Origin: Antedon mediterranea
Taxonomy: Eukaryota; Animalia; Echinodermata
NCBI RefSeq assembly: GCF_964355755.1
Contig: NC_092676.1
Location: 14,712,871-14,776,870 of the forward strand
Direction: 5' to 3'
Length of the DNA stretch: 64,000 nucleotides
In this document: positions 27,517 to 40,670 of the stretch, one piece after another
Layout: each line of letters begins with the position of its first letter
Numbering within the stretch: position 1 is the first letter of the stretch
The notes under the pieces: generated by a model
Told to the model about the DNA's origin: nothing
The model's database searches: none
The model's input: the letters and a program-made list of their open reading frames with translations, nothing else
Position numbers and translations under genes: made by a program

Positions 27517-28329
27517 TAAATAAAACATGGGGTTTTCATGAATAAAAATAATCACAGAAAAAAGTCTTACGAATATGACCTTGTGAAATGGTAATTGGAA
27601 AATGCAAATAAGGCATGCCTGCTAATAATCTACAAATTTAAATTTGTATAAGATAAGTATGAAAAATCTAAAGAATATCTCAATTTTAGTTAATACCATA
27701 GTAACTGTTGCTATGCATAACTAAGGGAAATTAAATAATTTTCAGATAATTATTAATTAATAATTACTACTGAATCCAACCATCACAGTAAAAAAAATAT
27801 AGAATTTAAAACGAATATTTAATATAAAGTGCGATATTTTACATGCTGACCTTAAATGAAATGAAATTTCACATCAGGGCTTCAATATTTGTTATGTAGC
27901 ATTGACATACCTGAGTATATCATTGACTTTTGATTGGTTCAATTTTGGAGAGGGGAAAGTTTGAGTTTGAAATAGTTAGGGGGTTGGAGGCGAGGGTCTA
28001 AAAACTTAAGTTTATGTCCTATCTTTTGCATTGCAATTTTTAACTTGGGGTGGGTGGGGGCTTGGAGGAAGGGGGTGGGATGGAGGAGTTTGAATCCGTC
28101 TATTGGTTGGGGCGATGGTAGCGGCAGTGTGGGTGGTGCTTGAATGCATGAATTTGACACTCTATAGTGGATGATCGAACAAAGTGTTGCAGTTTATCTT
28201 TTTGTGGTTATTGTCGGGATAGGTGGGGAAGGGGGGGGGGGTGGGGTTAGTCGGAAGTGGTGGTGGATGGGCATGTGGGATCTGCTTAGTTTAGCAAATA
28301 AATGAAGTAAAAAAATGAAAGAGGAGCTT

Positions 28330-28832
28330 CAAAATAAGAGAGGAGTAATCTGTTGCAAAGATTAAAATTCACAACGATCTGATAATTTATTCAAATTTCC
28401 AGATGATATAACCTATAATGATTTACCTTTAGAATTACGAACAATTACATCTAGATTTGCTTTCTCTAAACAACTTAAAGAATTACTTTTATTTAAGTAT
28501 ATAAAAGAATAATCTATAATTTACAATGTTTTATATATTGTTAATTCATCAGATATTATCTATTGAACTGATATGGCTTTGTTTATTACAGTATAGTACA
28601 TACAGCACTTTATGTTATGTTATATTATTTATTTATTATTCAACACTTTTTGTTTTGTTTTTGACGTTATCAAATTTTTATTTTCTTTTAAGTTCTGTTG
28701 TTTATTTGTTGATTTCGTAGCTTAAGTTAGTTAAGATAAAAGGTACCAAGCTTGATTAGCTTCGGCTATATCTTGGCTACCTTTTGTATTGAAATTGTTT
28801 TTGTTTGATACAATAAAGAAAGAAGAATAAAA
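28330..28832 (+). mobile_element. LINE 3' end fragment
   Basis: Decayed ORF2 tail (FSKQLKNYFLFKY), T-rich UTR, hairpin, aataaagaaagaag tail. Confidence 0.5.
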
Positions 28833-29362
28833 AAATGACATTAAAACTGGGAATTACAGAATCTATAATTAAAAATATTGTTTTTTATCTCACAACACAA
28901 CTAGAACTATATAAAACATTAAGAATTTTTTTGACCAGTGAGTTTCAAATCAGATAATCAAAGAAAATAAATGTTTTTACTAATATACCTTGTTTTGTTT
29001 TTTTTAAATGCCTATGTTTCTCGCAACACTGCTTGTAGATTTTTAAATTACCCCAGTATTTTATTTTAGAAATCACTTATTAAACATTAGAACTACCTAT
29101 TTGTAATAAATCAGCAAAAAAAAAATACACCACTTTGGGCGTTATGGTGAAGTAAAGTTTAGTTGCATTTAACAATTTAAAAAAAGTAAAAAACACCCCC
29201 TTTTAAATAAATGGTATCTCCCAAAGTATGAAATAAAAAAAAATAAAAAAACATGAAACAGGTACACAATGCATTGTTATTATGCATACACTAATTATTT
29301 TTTATAATTAAATGAACAAAACAAAAATATCGTTCATCAAAATAGTACCAATATCCATTTTA

Positions 29363-30014
29363 AACAAGGCCATATAGATGGCTGCAGTCGCGTGCTCATT
29401 AGTGTTTACCGACCGACCGACCAACCTACCAACTGACCGAAATTACTGAACATGTTTAAAAATGTTGAAATGTTTAAAAACATTTATATTTTTTAAATTT
29501 ACACGTGCGTGGCCTGTCACTTTTGACGTGCTCGTATAACGTAATTTCGAGTTGAAAAGTAAGTCAAGAAAACAGAAATCGGGCAAAAAGAGTGCGCAAC
29601 AACATTTAACGCGCAGTGCGCGCGCAAAAATCTGCGCACTCATGGCAATTTTGTAAACGCTTAAAATTGCCTGAAACGTACTCTTATTTATAAATTTTGA
29701 AAATTTTAAGCGCGCGTACGCATGCGTTACATGCGCTACGCACGTAATTGTATTGCCATATGATGATTTATGCCCTGAAATTTATGAGTACCAAATTTTA
29801 TTTCATTGTGATTCATGGTTGTGAAGATATGATTACAAACGTGATTTCGTTAAATCGTGCGTAGACCACGTAATTTTTTATTGCGCACCGTAAAAACATA
29901 ACCACATCGATTCCTGGCCATAAGGAATATACTGTGAAAAATTTACTTAGCTAGATTAAACTGATATCACGACCGACATAGTGAACTATAGAGTCGCGTC
30001 CACGCGACTAAAAA
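29363..30014 (-). mobile_element. HINE/DINE-1-like element, family B
   Basis: SubTIR agtcgcgtg, terminal palindrome agtcgcgtccacgcgact, (GACC)n microsatellite, A-run ends. Near-identical to 51049-51764. Confidence 0.8.
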
Positions 30015-31195
30015 CCTTATAAAAGGACAAAATTTGTCAAAAACACAAATTTGGCAGTTGCCATGGAAATATATGTGTGAAATAAAAAAATACTTAATAT
30101 TTGATTTCTCTCAACACATATTTAGCCATGTGCAAAATTTGAAAGAAATCCATTTTTTTTAGTCTGCCACTATTTTTGATATTTCTTTGATTCTTACAGA
30201 CAATGGCTCTTAAATGTCTTTCAGACAATGGTTTTTGGGTTATAATTAAACGTTTCTTTTCTATTTTTATTCGTGAATAAATATTTTTTTTTTACAGAAG
30301 TGAATAACTTTTGTATTTGCAAGTAAAATACAAGAAGAAGCCATACTTTAATATGTCATAATTGTGCAATTGAAATTAAAAAATAACAAATTCTGAATCT
30401 GTAAAAGATGCTGTGCTTATATTAAATAATTAAACAGACTCAGTTTAGTTTATTTTATTGCTAAGGTCAAGTCTAAGTTCAAGTGTGAACAAATTGTATC
30501 CTATTAGTATTACAAACAAAAACTTTACCATTATATTATGGACTGTTGTAATAATGATTATCTGACAGCGAATTACAGTATTATGATATCGGTCTAGATT
30601 GTTGACAGTCAAATGGGGCTCATTGTAAATACCAGCCTAGACAGCCAAAATAATGTTTTGATTATTTGACAGTGAATGATTATATACCGGCCTAGGTTGA
30701 CAGCAAGAACAAAGTCATTATTTATTGAACAAGATTTTACAGGACTCTGTCTAGACTCTCTTCTCCCAGACGTGCTTTGGGGTTTGTAATTTGAGCATGA
30801 CCCGTCCTAGTTTACAAATTATCAAAAACGTCAGCCTCTTGCTGCTTGATATAGTTTCTGATGAGTAGTCCTCTGGGGATGTAGCTGGCTAAAGCAGCAG
30901 CGTGAAAATCTAAATACCGAAAATAAGTTTGTATAATTTTTTTTAATGTCGCCCCGGCCGCGATTTTTTTTTTCGTACATAAGTTGGGGACCCCTCATGA
31001 AACGTCACAAAATAAACATGAATAATTCATCAGTTAAATTTGTTGTTCCGCTAATAATATTTCCGCTTATGTACGAAAAAAAAAATCGCGCCCCGGCCCT
31101 CTACTCGATGGGTGTTTCTAAAAACCATGGCTCGAAAACAAAGATCTTATAATCAAAAAGACCATGTAGAGAGAGGGCAGCAGACTCCAATGTTA

Positions 31196-33685
31196 TCGAG
31201 CATTCTCTACTTCTACGGAGCGCCATTTATGCCTTTATTTACTTACGAAATAGAAATAGTACTACGGTAGCTGCTCCAGTGGACCAAATTTAGCACTAGT
31301 GGAGCGCAGTGATATAAAATAGAAATAAGTCACTAATTTTAATATTCTTTTCGTATGTTAATACACTGTGCTCAAGTGGACACAATTTGGCACCAGTGAG
31401 GAGCACAGTGATATAAAATAGAAATAATTGTCACTGAATTTTAATATCTTTTCGTATGTTAATACACTGTGCTCAAGTGGACCCAATTTGGAGCCAGGGG
31501 AGCACAGTGATATAAAATAGAAATAAGTCACTGAATTTTAATATCTTTTCGTATGTTAATACACTGTGCTCAAGTGGACCCAATTTGGAGCCAGGGGAGC
31601 ACAGTGATATAAAATAGAAATATTAAGTCACTGAATTTTAATATCTTTTCGTATGTTAATACACTATGCTCAAGTGGACCCATTTTGGCGCCAGGAGAGC
31701 ACAGTGATATAAAATAGAAAGAAGTCACTGAATGAATGTTAATATATTTTCGTATGTTAATACACTGTGCTCAAGAAGTGGACCCAATATGGAGCCAGTG
31801 GAGCACAGTGATATAAAATAGAAATAAGTCATTGAATTTTAATATCTTTTATGTACGAAAACAAAAATCGCGCCCCGGCCCTCTACTCGATGGGTGTTTC
31901 TAAAAACCATGGCTCAAAAACAAAGATCTTATAATTTATCAAAAAGACCATGTAGAGAGAGGGCAGCAGACTCCAATGTTATCGCGCATTCTCTACTTCT
32001 ACGGAGCGCCATTTATGCCTTTATTTACTTACGAAATAGAAATAGTACTACGGTAGCTGCTCCAGTGGACCAAATTTAGCACTAGTGGAGCGCAGTGATA
32101 TAAAATAGAAATAAGTCACTAATTTTAATATTCTTTTCGTATGTTAATACACTGTGCTCAAGTGGACACAATTTGGCGCCAGTGAGGAGCACAGTGATAT
32201 AAAATAGAAATAATTGTCACTGAATTTTAATATCTTTTCGTATGTTAATACACTGTGCTCAAGTGGACCCAATTTGGAGCCAGGGGAGCACAGTGATATA
32301 AAATATAAATAAGTCACTGAATTTTAATATCTTTTCGTATGTTAATACACTGTGCTCAAGTGGACCCAATTTGGAGCCAGGGGAGCACAGTGATATAAAA
32401 TAGAAATAAAGTCACTGAATTTTAATATCTTTTCGTATGTTAATACACTGTGCTCAAGTGGACCCATTTTGGCCCCAGGAGAGCACAGTGATATAAAATA
32501 GAAAGAAGTCACTTAATGTTAATATATTTTCGTATGTTAATACACTGTGCTCAAGAAGTGAACCCAATATGGAGCCAGTGGAGCACAGTGATATAAAATA
32601 GAAATAAGTCATTGAATTTTAATATCTTTTCGTATGTTAATTCACTGTGCTCAAGTGAACCCAACCGAATTTGGAGCTAGGGGAGCACAGTGATATAAAA
32701 TAGATACAAGTCACTGAATTTTAATATCTTTTCGTATGTTAATACACTGTGCTCAAGTGGACCCAATTTGGAGCCAGTGGAGCACAGTGATATAAAATAG
32801 AAATAAGTCACTAAATTTTAATATCTTTTCGTATTAATACACTGTGCTCAAGTGGACACAATTTGGAGCCAGGGGAGCACAGTGATATAAAATAGAAAAA
32901 AAGTCACTGAATTTTAATATCTTTTCGTATGTTAATACACTGTGCTCAAGTGGACCCAATTTGGAGCCAGTGGAGCACAGTGATATAAATAGAAAAAAGT
33001 CACTGAATGTTAATATCTTTTCGTATGTTAATACACTGTGCTCAAGTGGACCCGATTTGGCGGCAGGAGAGAACAGTGATATAAAATAGAAATAAGTCAT
33101 TGAATGTTAATATATTTTCGTATGTTAATACACTGTGCTCAAGTGGACCCAATTTGGCGCCAGTGGAGCAGTGATATAAAATGGAAAAAGTCACTGAATT
33201 TTAATATATATTAATATATTTATAGATATTAAAATTCAGTGACTTTTTTCTATTTTATATCACTGTGCTCCCCTGGCTCCAAATTGGGTCCACTTGAGCA
33301 CAGTATATTGACATACGAAAAGATATTCAAATTCAGTGACTTTTTTCTATTTTATATCACTGTGCTCCCCTGGCTCCAAATTGATCCACTTGAGCACAGT
33401 GTATTAACATATGACGAAAAGATATTAAAATTCAGTGATTTATTTTTATTTTATATCATTGTGCTCCCATGGCTCCAAATTGGGTCCACTTGAGCACAGT
33501 GTTATTAACATACGAAATAATATTAAAATTCAGTGACTTTAAAATTAGTGACTTATTTCTATTTTACATCACTGTGCTCCACCGGTGCTAAATTTGGTCC
33601 ACTGGAGCAGTTACCGTAGTACTATTTCTAATTAGGAAGTAAATAAAGGCATAAATGGCGCTCCGTACAAATAGAGAATGCTCGA
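31196..33685. mobile_element. Foldback element built of 97-bp tandem units, with a ~780-bp tandem duplication of its left end
   Basis: About 100-bp TIRs tcgagcattctcta... / ...tagagaatgctcga. The 97-bp units run forward to ~33205 and reversed from ~33225. 31069-31850 repeats at 31851-32630. Confidence 0.85.
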
Positions 33686-33734
33686 ACATCGAAATGACGC
33701 TTTGAATATACCTCCGGTGGTTTATAAGTTGTTT

Positions 33735-34575
33735 CAAAGAATATATATCACAAGAATGAGTAATCCGCGATTTTCCCTGTAACAGTAATATTGTCCATGT
33801 ATAGGGCGCCGCCATAAGTGTGGATGTATCTGGGATGTATACAACTTTTTGTGACGGTTTCACTAATCAAAGGCTGGACCACCGGGTAGTATTTTCATGA
33901 TAAAAAATGTTATAAACTACATGCCAACATCATGTTAAATACTATTTGGATGTTTAATTGTTTGTTTTATGCAATTTATTTAGTAAAAACTGCCGTATAA
34001 ACAGTTTGCTTTATCAACCGGGCGCTACGATAGCGTGACCGGGCGTGTTGGTGTTTACGCGTTTTCACGAACGATAGTTTAATAATATTCCTATATTTAA
34101 ACTTGTTTCTGGTAAAACAAATAAATGTTAATGATATTTAACATTTTGTCCTATTAATAACATGTATTTTATACTAATTTATATCATAAAAACAATACTT
34201 AATTTACCGGGCGTAGAGTAGTACACGGCAATGGTAAAGAATAGGCCGTGCTGAGTAACGATTCGTTTCGGATTTTTGGTGTTGCTGTGTTAGGCTTTTT
34301 TTGTGAACTAACTTAGCATGTTAGTAAATAATTGTCTGTAAAAGTGAATGTACACTAGTTTGTTAATAAATACGTATTATAAAATAGTTTACAATTGCAA
34401 AATATATTATCATAATTCTATTTAATGTGACATGTATAATATCTATTAAATCAAGTCTTATTTAGTATGTATACATCCGCCCTTATGCGGGCGGGCATCA
34501 CTCTCTGGAGCTCTCTGTTACAAATTTCTCATGCAAAAATCGCGGAATACTCATTCTTGTGATATATATTCTTTG
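33735..34575. mobile_element. P-element-like MITE directly upstream of the NUP42 start codon
   Basis: TIR caaagaatatatatcacaagaatgagta / tactcattcttgtgatatatattctttg (CA...TG ends), 7-bp TSD gttgttt. Confidence 0.75.
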
Positions 34576-34624
34576 GTTGTTTGGTTTACTCAGAATTGAA
34601 AATTATTAATTTATAATAGCAAAG

Positions 34625-34703
34625 ATGGTTGTATGTAAATATTTTTTACAAGGAAACTGTCGATTTGGAGAGAAATGTTACTATGAACACACACAAAATA
34701 CAG
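34625..34703 (+). CDS. NUP42: Nucleoporin NUP42 (NUPL2/hCG1), exon 1, CCCH zinc finger
   Basis: MVVCKYFLQGNCRFGEKCYYEH matches the NUP42 N-terminal C3H1 finger; donor AG|GTAAG. Confidence 0.9.
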
Positions 34704-35526
34704 GTAAGCCTTGACCCATGGCCTAGGCCCTAGGCTAGGCTATTTAAGTGCTAGGAGCTGGTAAGTCTAGGCTAGGGCCTAGGCTAGGCCTAGCTAGCCT
34801 AGGGCCAGAGGCCTACTCCTAGGGGATCCCTACTAGGCTAGGTCTAGGCCTACTAACTCTAGGGACGCCTAGACCAGTTGTTAGGCTAGTCGGATAGTCT
34901 GGCCTTATAATAGCCAGGCTAGGCCTAGACTAGAGTCTAGGAGGCCTAGCCTACCTAGCTAGTCGGCCTTAGACTAGCTAGGCCTAGAAGGGGATCCTGT
35001 TAATTAAGTTTCCCCATCGCAAAGTCGCCCGGTACAGTCGCCCCATCCCCAAGTCACTGCAATCGCAAAGTCGCCCCTAATAACGTTAACATAGTTTTAA
35101 ATTTACACCGTTTTTTATTTTTGTTTGTCACATAATAGTTATTCACGTTAACCAAAACAATTATTTACCTGAAAAAATTGTAATTTAAAGCAAAAAATAC
35201 TTTTTTTTTCTTTTTATACATGAATAAATATTATTATTTTGTTACAGAAGTGAATAACTTTTGTATTTAAAGTAAAATACAACAATAATTCAGATTCAGA
35301 TTCAGATAATATTTATTTAGATAATAATGAATGAATATATACAAAATAGAAAAAAGATATTAAAGTGAACATAGATAAAGCAGTAATTGGTAGTCATTAT
35401 TATCATGGATCCCTTCTAGAAGTTAAAAACTTGTCTCGTAGGGACCCACAACAAAACACATTACTAAAAAAATAAAAATAACCTAGAATATATAACTATA
35501 TAATTTAGGATAAAAAATTACAGTAT

Positions 35527-37129
35527 AACTAGACTTGAACTCGTCACTTTGACGAGTTAGTTATCCGCACGACAAACGCCACGCGCACGTCATACGTTGG
35601 AATTTTGCACACGGAAAAAGATTATGGCATTATGACCTGAACTGAAGAATATCATATGCTGTTAGTGCTGAATTCTGTCAATTTTGTGTCATATAGTATA
35701 TACAGTGCAAACGGTATAATCTGTATACATGTTACATACAGTGTAGAATAGGTGAAATTACGAATTTATTCTTATTTTTAACATGGCGACTGTATCAAAA
35801 TGAAACACTAAGATAGCAATTTCGGAAGGACATTATCTCAGCAACCATATATTAACGTGTAGAAGAAATTTAAATACGTAAAATATAGATGCGCGCCCTT
35901 TTAAATGTGATGAACTATTACGCAAAATATGAAAATACGCCTTTTTTTATTCAACTGGCCATATGATGACGTCACAACATCCGATTGGCAAAATGTTTAC
36001 ATGAATTCGTATCTACAATCCCATAGCTTCCAGAAAACGTTTTAATCATGATTATCACTTTTTATTCTGATGAGCTATAACAGATTGAAATTTAATGTAA
36101 AGATGAAAATAAGTGACCCACGTTATTTACAATTTTCGACATGATGACGTCATAAAAATTAAAATATTTTTAACTCATGCGAAAGATAGTTTATTCACCT
36201 AGACAATATCAAAATCGGGGTGAAAATAAAAAACGGATAAGTGGAGATGCGCTCTATTAAATGTGATGCGCTATGACGAAAGATATAAAAATCCTATATT
36301 TTATATTCGCGTAGCCATACGATGACGTTATAATGTCCGATTAGCAATATTAATGCATGATTCCATATCTACAACTCATCAACTTCCAGAATATATAATT
36401 AAAAAAAAGTTCACCTCGTAGTTTAGAATCTATGAATGTTTAAAAAAAGGCATAATTTTGACGAATTTTGACAAATTTTTAAACTTTTTCATCAAAACGC
36501 ACATAAATTATCCAATTGGATGTGCCCGTATGACGTAATTTTAGGTCAAAATTGTTCAAAAGTTGTTAAAATTACTAGAAAAGGCTGAAAAAACATGAAT
36601 CACGCGAAAAAAATTTATTTTCAACGCTACGTGCGCACCATGCGAGTAAAAATATGCGCGCGCGTGGGAATTTTTGACATGCTCAAAATGACATGAAACG
36701 CGTAGAAAATTGATTAGAAATTGATTTTTCGCATTTTGAAATTTTAAACGCCCGTGCGCGCGTAACTTCGTGTGAAACATGCCATTTTTTTTCCACAGTC
36801 AGTTAGCGCAAGATATAAATTAAACTTTTGTTAAGTTTCAATTTAAATTGCTACAGTATATGGTTTTCGATCTATGTTAAATACACGAAATTCGTTAAAA
36901 CGCGCGTAAATCACGTTGCGCAATTCTGACGTCATTCACAATAGGAGGTGCACAATTTCGCGTGAATGCCCACATGTTGACAAAGTTATAAAATGTTTTG
37001 TTAACAAGTTTTTGAGATACGCGAGACACAAAATTGACAGAAAGAAAGAATAATACAGAAAAAAAAAAAAAAAAAGATGATTTCATACAGTTACAAGGAG
37101 TTATCCGCTACTAAGCGGATAACTAATAA
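35527..37129 (-). mobile_element. HINE/DINE-1-like element, family C, inserted in the LINE 3' UTR
   Basis: 5' palindrome agttatccgct...agcggataact, matching subTIR at the other end, hairpin aactcgtca-ctt-tgacgagtt, ctagtt terminus. Confidence 0.8.
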
Positions 37130-37379
37130 CATAACTAACATCTTCTTTATAAAAATTATTTAAATTATATTTCAATAGTTTCATGATAATTATAAATGAA
37201 ATAACTACCGATATTGGTAAATGAAAAAAAAAAATATGTATACATAAATTATAATTCCAGTATATACTATATACATTATATATAGTATAGATTAAAGATT
37301 GCAATAATAAACAACAACTAATATTTTGTGTAAGACATAAATAGTATATGAGTATAAATAATGATAATAAGCATATTAA

Positions 37380-40300
37380 CTAAGCAGTATAATATTTAGA
37401 TATATAATGATTCTTTAACTTTTTTCGGAAAGTAAATAATGATATTGACGTTTTGATATTTGGTGGGATATGATTCCACAAATTAGGACCTGATATAGTT
37501 ATAAAAAATTTAGTTTTAGTAAGTCTAGCAAAAGGAATGTTTAAATGAGAAGTTCTTAAATTGTAATTGTGAAATTTGGTACGTTTACAGAGCATATCAA
37601 TCATAGAAATAGGAAGTTGGTTTTTAAAATAATTAAACATAAAACTGGCAACTTGAACATTGTGGATATCCGTTAATTTTAATATACCAAGACGTTTAAA
37701 AAGGGGTTCAGATGAGCTTCTATATGGTGAAAAAGTAATAATTTTATTCTAGCTGCACGTTTTTGTAATTTAGTTAATCTAGCAATATTAGAAGAGTAAT
37801 CTGCAGCCCAAATAATGTTACAATACTGGAAATAAGGAAGTACAAGTGTGTTATAAAGAGAAATTAAAATATTTAGAGGGAAGAAGTGTTTAAGTCTGTT
37901 AATAATACTAATAGATCTTGATATTTTTTTCGAAACGTAATTTTGATGACTGGTCCATTTGAGGTTTTCATGAATATATACACCTAAAAAAAGTGTTTCA
38001 GTTTTGCGTTCAATTTGAATTCCGCCAAGAAGTATATTTAGGTTATCAACCTTTAGTTTACGTTGAGAATTGTGAAAAATTAAATAATTTGTTTTAAGAT
38101 TATTAATAAGTAATTTGTTTGAAATAAACCAGTCACAAAATTTTGTTAATTCATCATTGAATGTAGTAAATGATAAATCAATATTGGAATTAGAGTAAAA
38201 TAAGGTGGTGTCGTCGGCGAAGGATATTACTTGCAATTTGTTACTGACATTAGCCAGATCATTAACATAAATAAGGAAGAGCAATGGCCCAAGCACAGAT
38301 CCCTGTGGCACTCCGCAAGTAATATCCATCGTCGACGATGTACAAGATCCTAATGCAACATATTGTTTTCTATCTTTCAAATAACTATTAAACCAATTCA
38401 ATGAAATACCTCTAATTCCATAGCACTCAAGTTTTTTAATTAAATTATCGTGATTAATAACATCGAAGGCCTTTGAAAGATCAATAAATAAACTTAATAA
38501 ATTTTCTTTTGATTCAAATGAATTTGTAATATTATTAATAAGATCTAAAACGGCATGGGATGTAGAGTGATTTTTTCGAAAACCATATTGGCGTTTATTA
38601 AGTATATCAAATTTTGTGAGATAATCAGAAAGTTTAGAATACATGAGTTTTTCAATAATTTTGGAAAACACTGAAAGTAGTGATATTGGCCGGTAATTAG
38701 ATAATTGACTTCGTTCACCTTTCTTGAAAATGGGCACAACTTTAGCTAGTTTTAAGTGTGTTGGAAAAGTGCCAGATAAAAAAGATGAATTTATACAATG
38801 GGTAAGTTGGTGGATGATTAAGGGAGATACAGATTATAAGACACGAGCAGTAATACCGTCAGATCCAGACCCTTTATTAGAATTTAGATTGTATATAGTT
38901 AGGTTAACATCATCAATTGAAACTGGGCTAATATAAAATGAGTTGGCAAACGCAGAATGAAGATAAGATAATGGATCAGTTATATTAGTTGGCATACTAT
39001 TAATAAGATTAGGACCAATTGTAGAAAAATAGTTGTTAAACGATTCACATATCTCTTTTTGAGTTTTGTAAATTATATTATCACCGTCTTTAATTAGATT
39101 CGGGTGCTTGTTATTATTATTACCTTTATTTAAAACAGAATTTATTACAAGCCATGTGTTCTTCAGATTACCTTTATATCTATCAAACTGGGAAGTATAA
39201 TAATTCTTTTTAGCAGTGCGACAAAGATTAGTGAAAATATTATTATATTTTGTATAGTTTAATTTGTCATTATTACTACGTGTGTGCATATATTTGTTAT
39301 AAAGTTTATATTTCCGAGAACTACATTTTAAGAGAGCAGATGACATCCATGGTTGTTTAAACGTTTTATTTGATTTTATACTACTTTTAACCAAGTGTCT
39401 GGAGTGGATATTTGTAAATTTTTCAATAAATATATCAAAACTCAATCTTGGGTCACAATCAAATATCATAGACCAGTCTTCACCTTCTAAATCAATCGAT
39501 AAGGCATTTAGGTCGTTTATACGAAATGAATAGTTGGCGCTATTATCATCAAGGTTTTGATCATTAATTTCTAGATCAATGAACTGAAATATAGGAAGGT
39601 GGTCGGAGATATCATTAAGTAAAACACTAGCAACTATTTTATAGTTAGATTGTTTGGAATAAAAATGATCAATCAAGGTGGCCGAAGTTGAGGTAATCCT
39701 AGTTGGTTTTGAAATAGTTGGAAAAAAAGAATGGGAAATTAAGGTATTTAGGTAGGTGTTTGTTAATTTATGGTTATGGAATTTTAATAAATCAATATTG
39801 AAGTCTCCCATGAGATTACAATTTTTGTTTTCATTGTTAATTTGGGTTAATACATTATCGACGGATTTAGTAAAAGAATCTAGCCCTCCACAGGGGGCTC
39901 TGTAAATAATGCCTATAATATCATTTTTTGTCTTTGAATTTTCAATCTCAACAAAAAGTGATTCGGAAAGGTCGTCTGGTAATTTTAAGTCATTTCGAAT
40001 TGTAATGCTAATATCATTACGTATAAAAAATGCAACTCCTCCGCCAATTTGATTATTGCTTCTATTGCTTGCAAAGAAGGAGTAGTTATTAATGAAAGGA
40101 ATAGGGGAGTTTTCATTAAGCCATGTTTCACTGATACCGATTATGGAAAATTTGTTATTAATTGAATTCAAAAGGCATTCGAGATCATTAACTTTATGCG
40201 TAATACTTCTAATATTAAGATGCAGGAGAGATAGTTTAGTATTAAAGGATGTATTAAACTTAGAATTAAATTGTGAATAATCATAAAAGCTGCATTCATC

Positions 40301-40495
40301 TAGGGTAACTGACTGTGAATTGAGATTATTAATTAGTTGATCAAAAGATTCATCATATTTGTCATTTTCATTGTAATTAACTGGATTAAAGGTTATGTTA
40401 GAAATATCATTGTTGTTAGTAAGTTCAGAGTTCACATTAAAGTCATAAAAAGGAAGTAAGTGAAGATAATTAACATTCATTAACAATAGCTGCAT
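37380..40495 (-). pseudogene. LINE ORF2, AP endonuclease plus reverse transcriptase, frameshifted
   Basis: APE motifs HLNIRS, IGISETWL, MGDFN, TLIDH, SDHLP. RT motifs YRPISLL, DLSKAFD, GVPQGSVLGPLLF, FADDT. Split into three ORFs. Confidence 0.92.
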
Positions 40496-40670
40496 ATAGC
40501 GTTATCTAAAAAAGAAATACAGCAATAAGCATGCATGAGACTGTATACATTAATACATAATTAATGAGAAGCAAAATAAACAATTCTTGAAATAAAAATA
40601 TATTATAGGTAATATTTCGGTTGACGGTAAGTAGAGTCAAAGTAAAGTTAAATTATTGCGACGACTAGAA

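Larger units (their letters stand above)
25263..30209. mobile_element. Kolobok-like non-autonomous DNA transposon with nested insertions
   Basis: TTAA TSD on both sides, TIR gagccattgtctgtaa / ttacagacaatggctc (RR...YY ends), long degenerate inverted arms. Confidence 0.75.
25080..30908 (-). mobile_element. Family A HINE copy split by a 4.9-kb insertion
   Basis: Left part aacaagaaatatttcttacaaaaaacgcc to 25262; right part from 30210 to agcagcagcgtgaaaa. Matches copies at 291 and 45745-46207. Confidence 0.7.

Noticed and set aside
30855-30910. Hammerhead ribozyme (ctgatgag...gaaa), also considered at ~36067
   Set aside because: No stem II pairing or properly placed cleavage triplet could be built.
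31295-33590. CRISPR array or repeat-protein ORFs (32834-33100, 33239-33493)
   Set aside because: Head-to-tail 97-bp units without spacers; the ORFs are by-products of the repeat.
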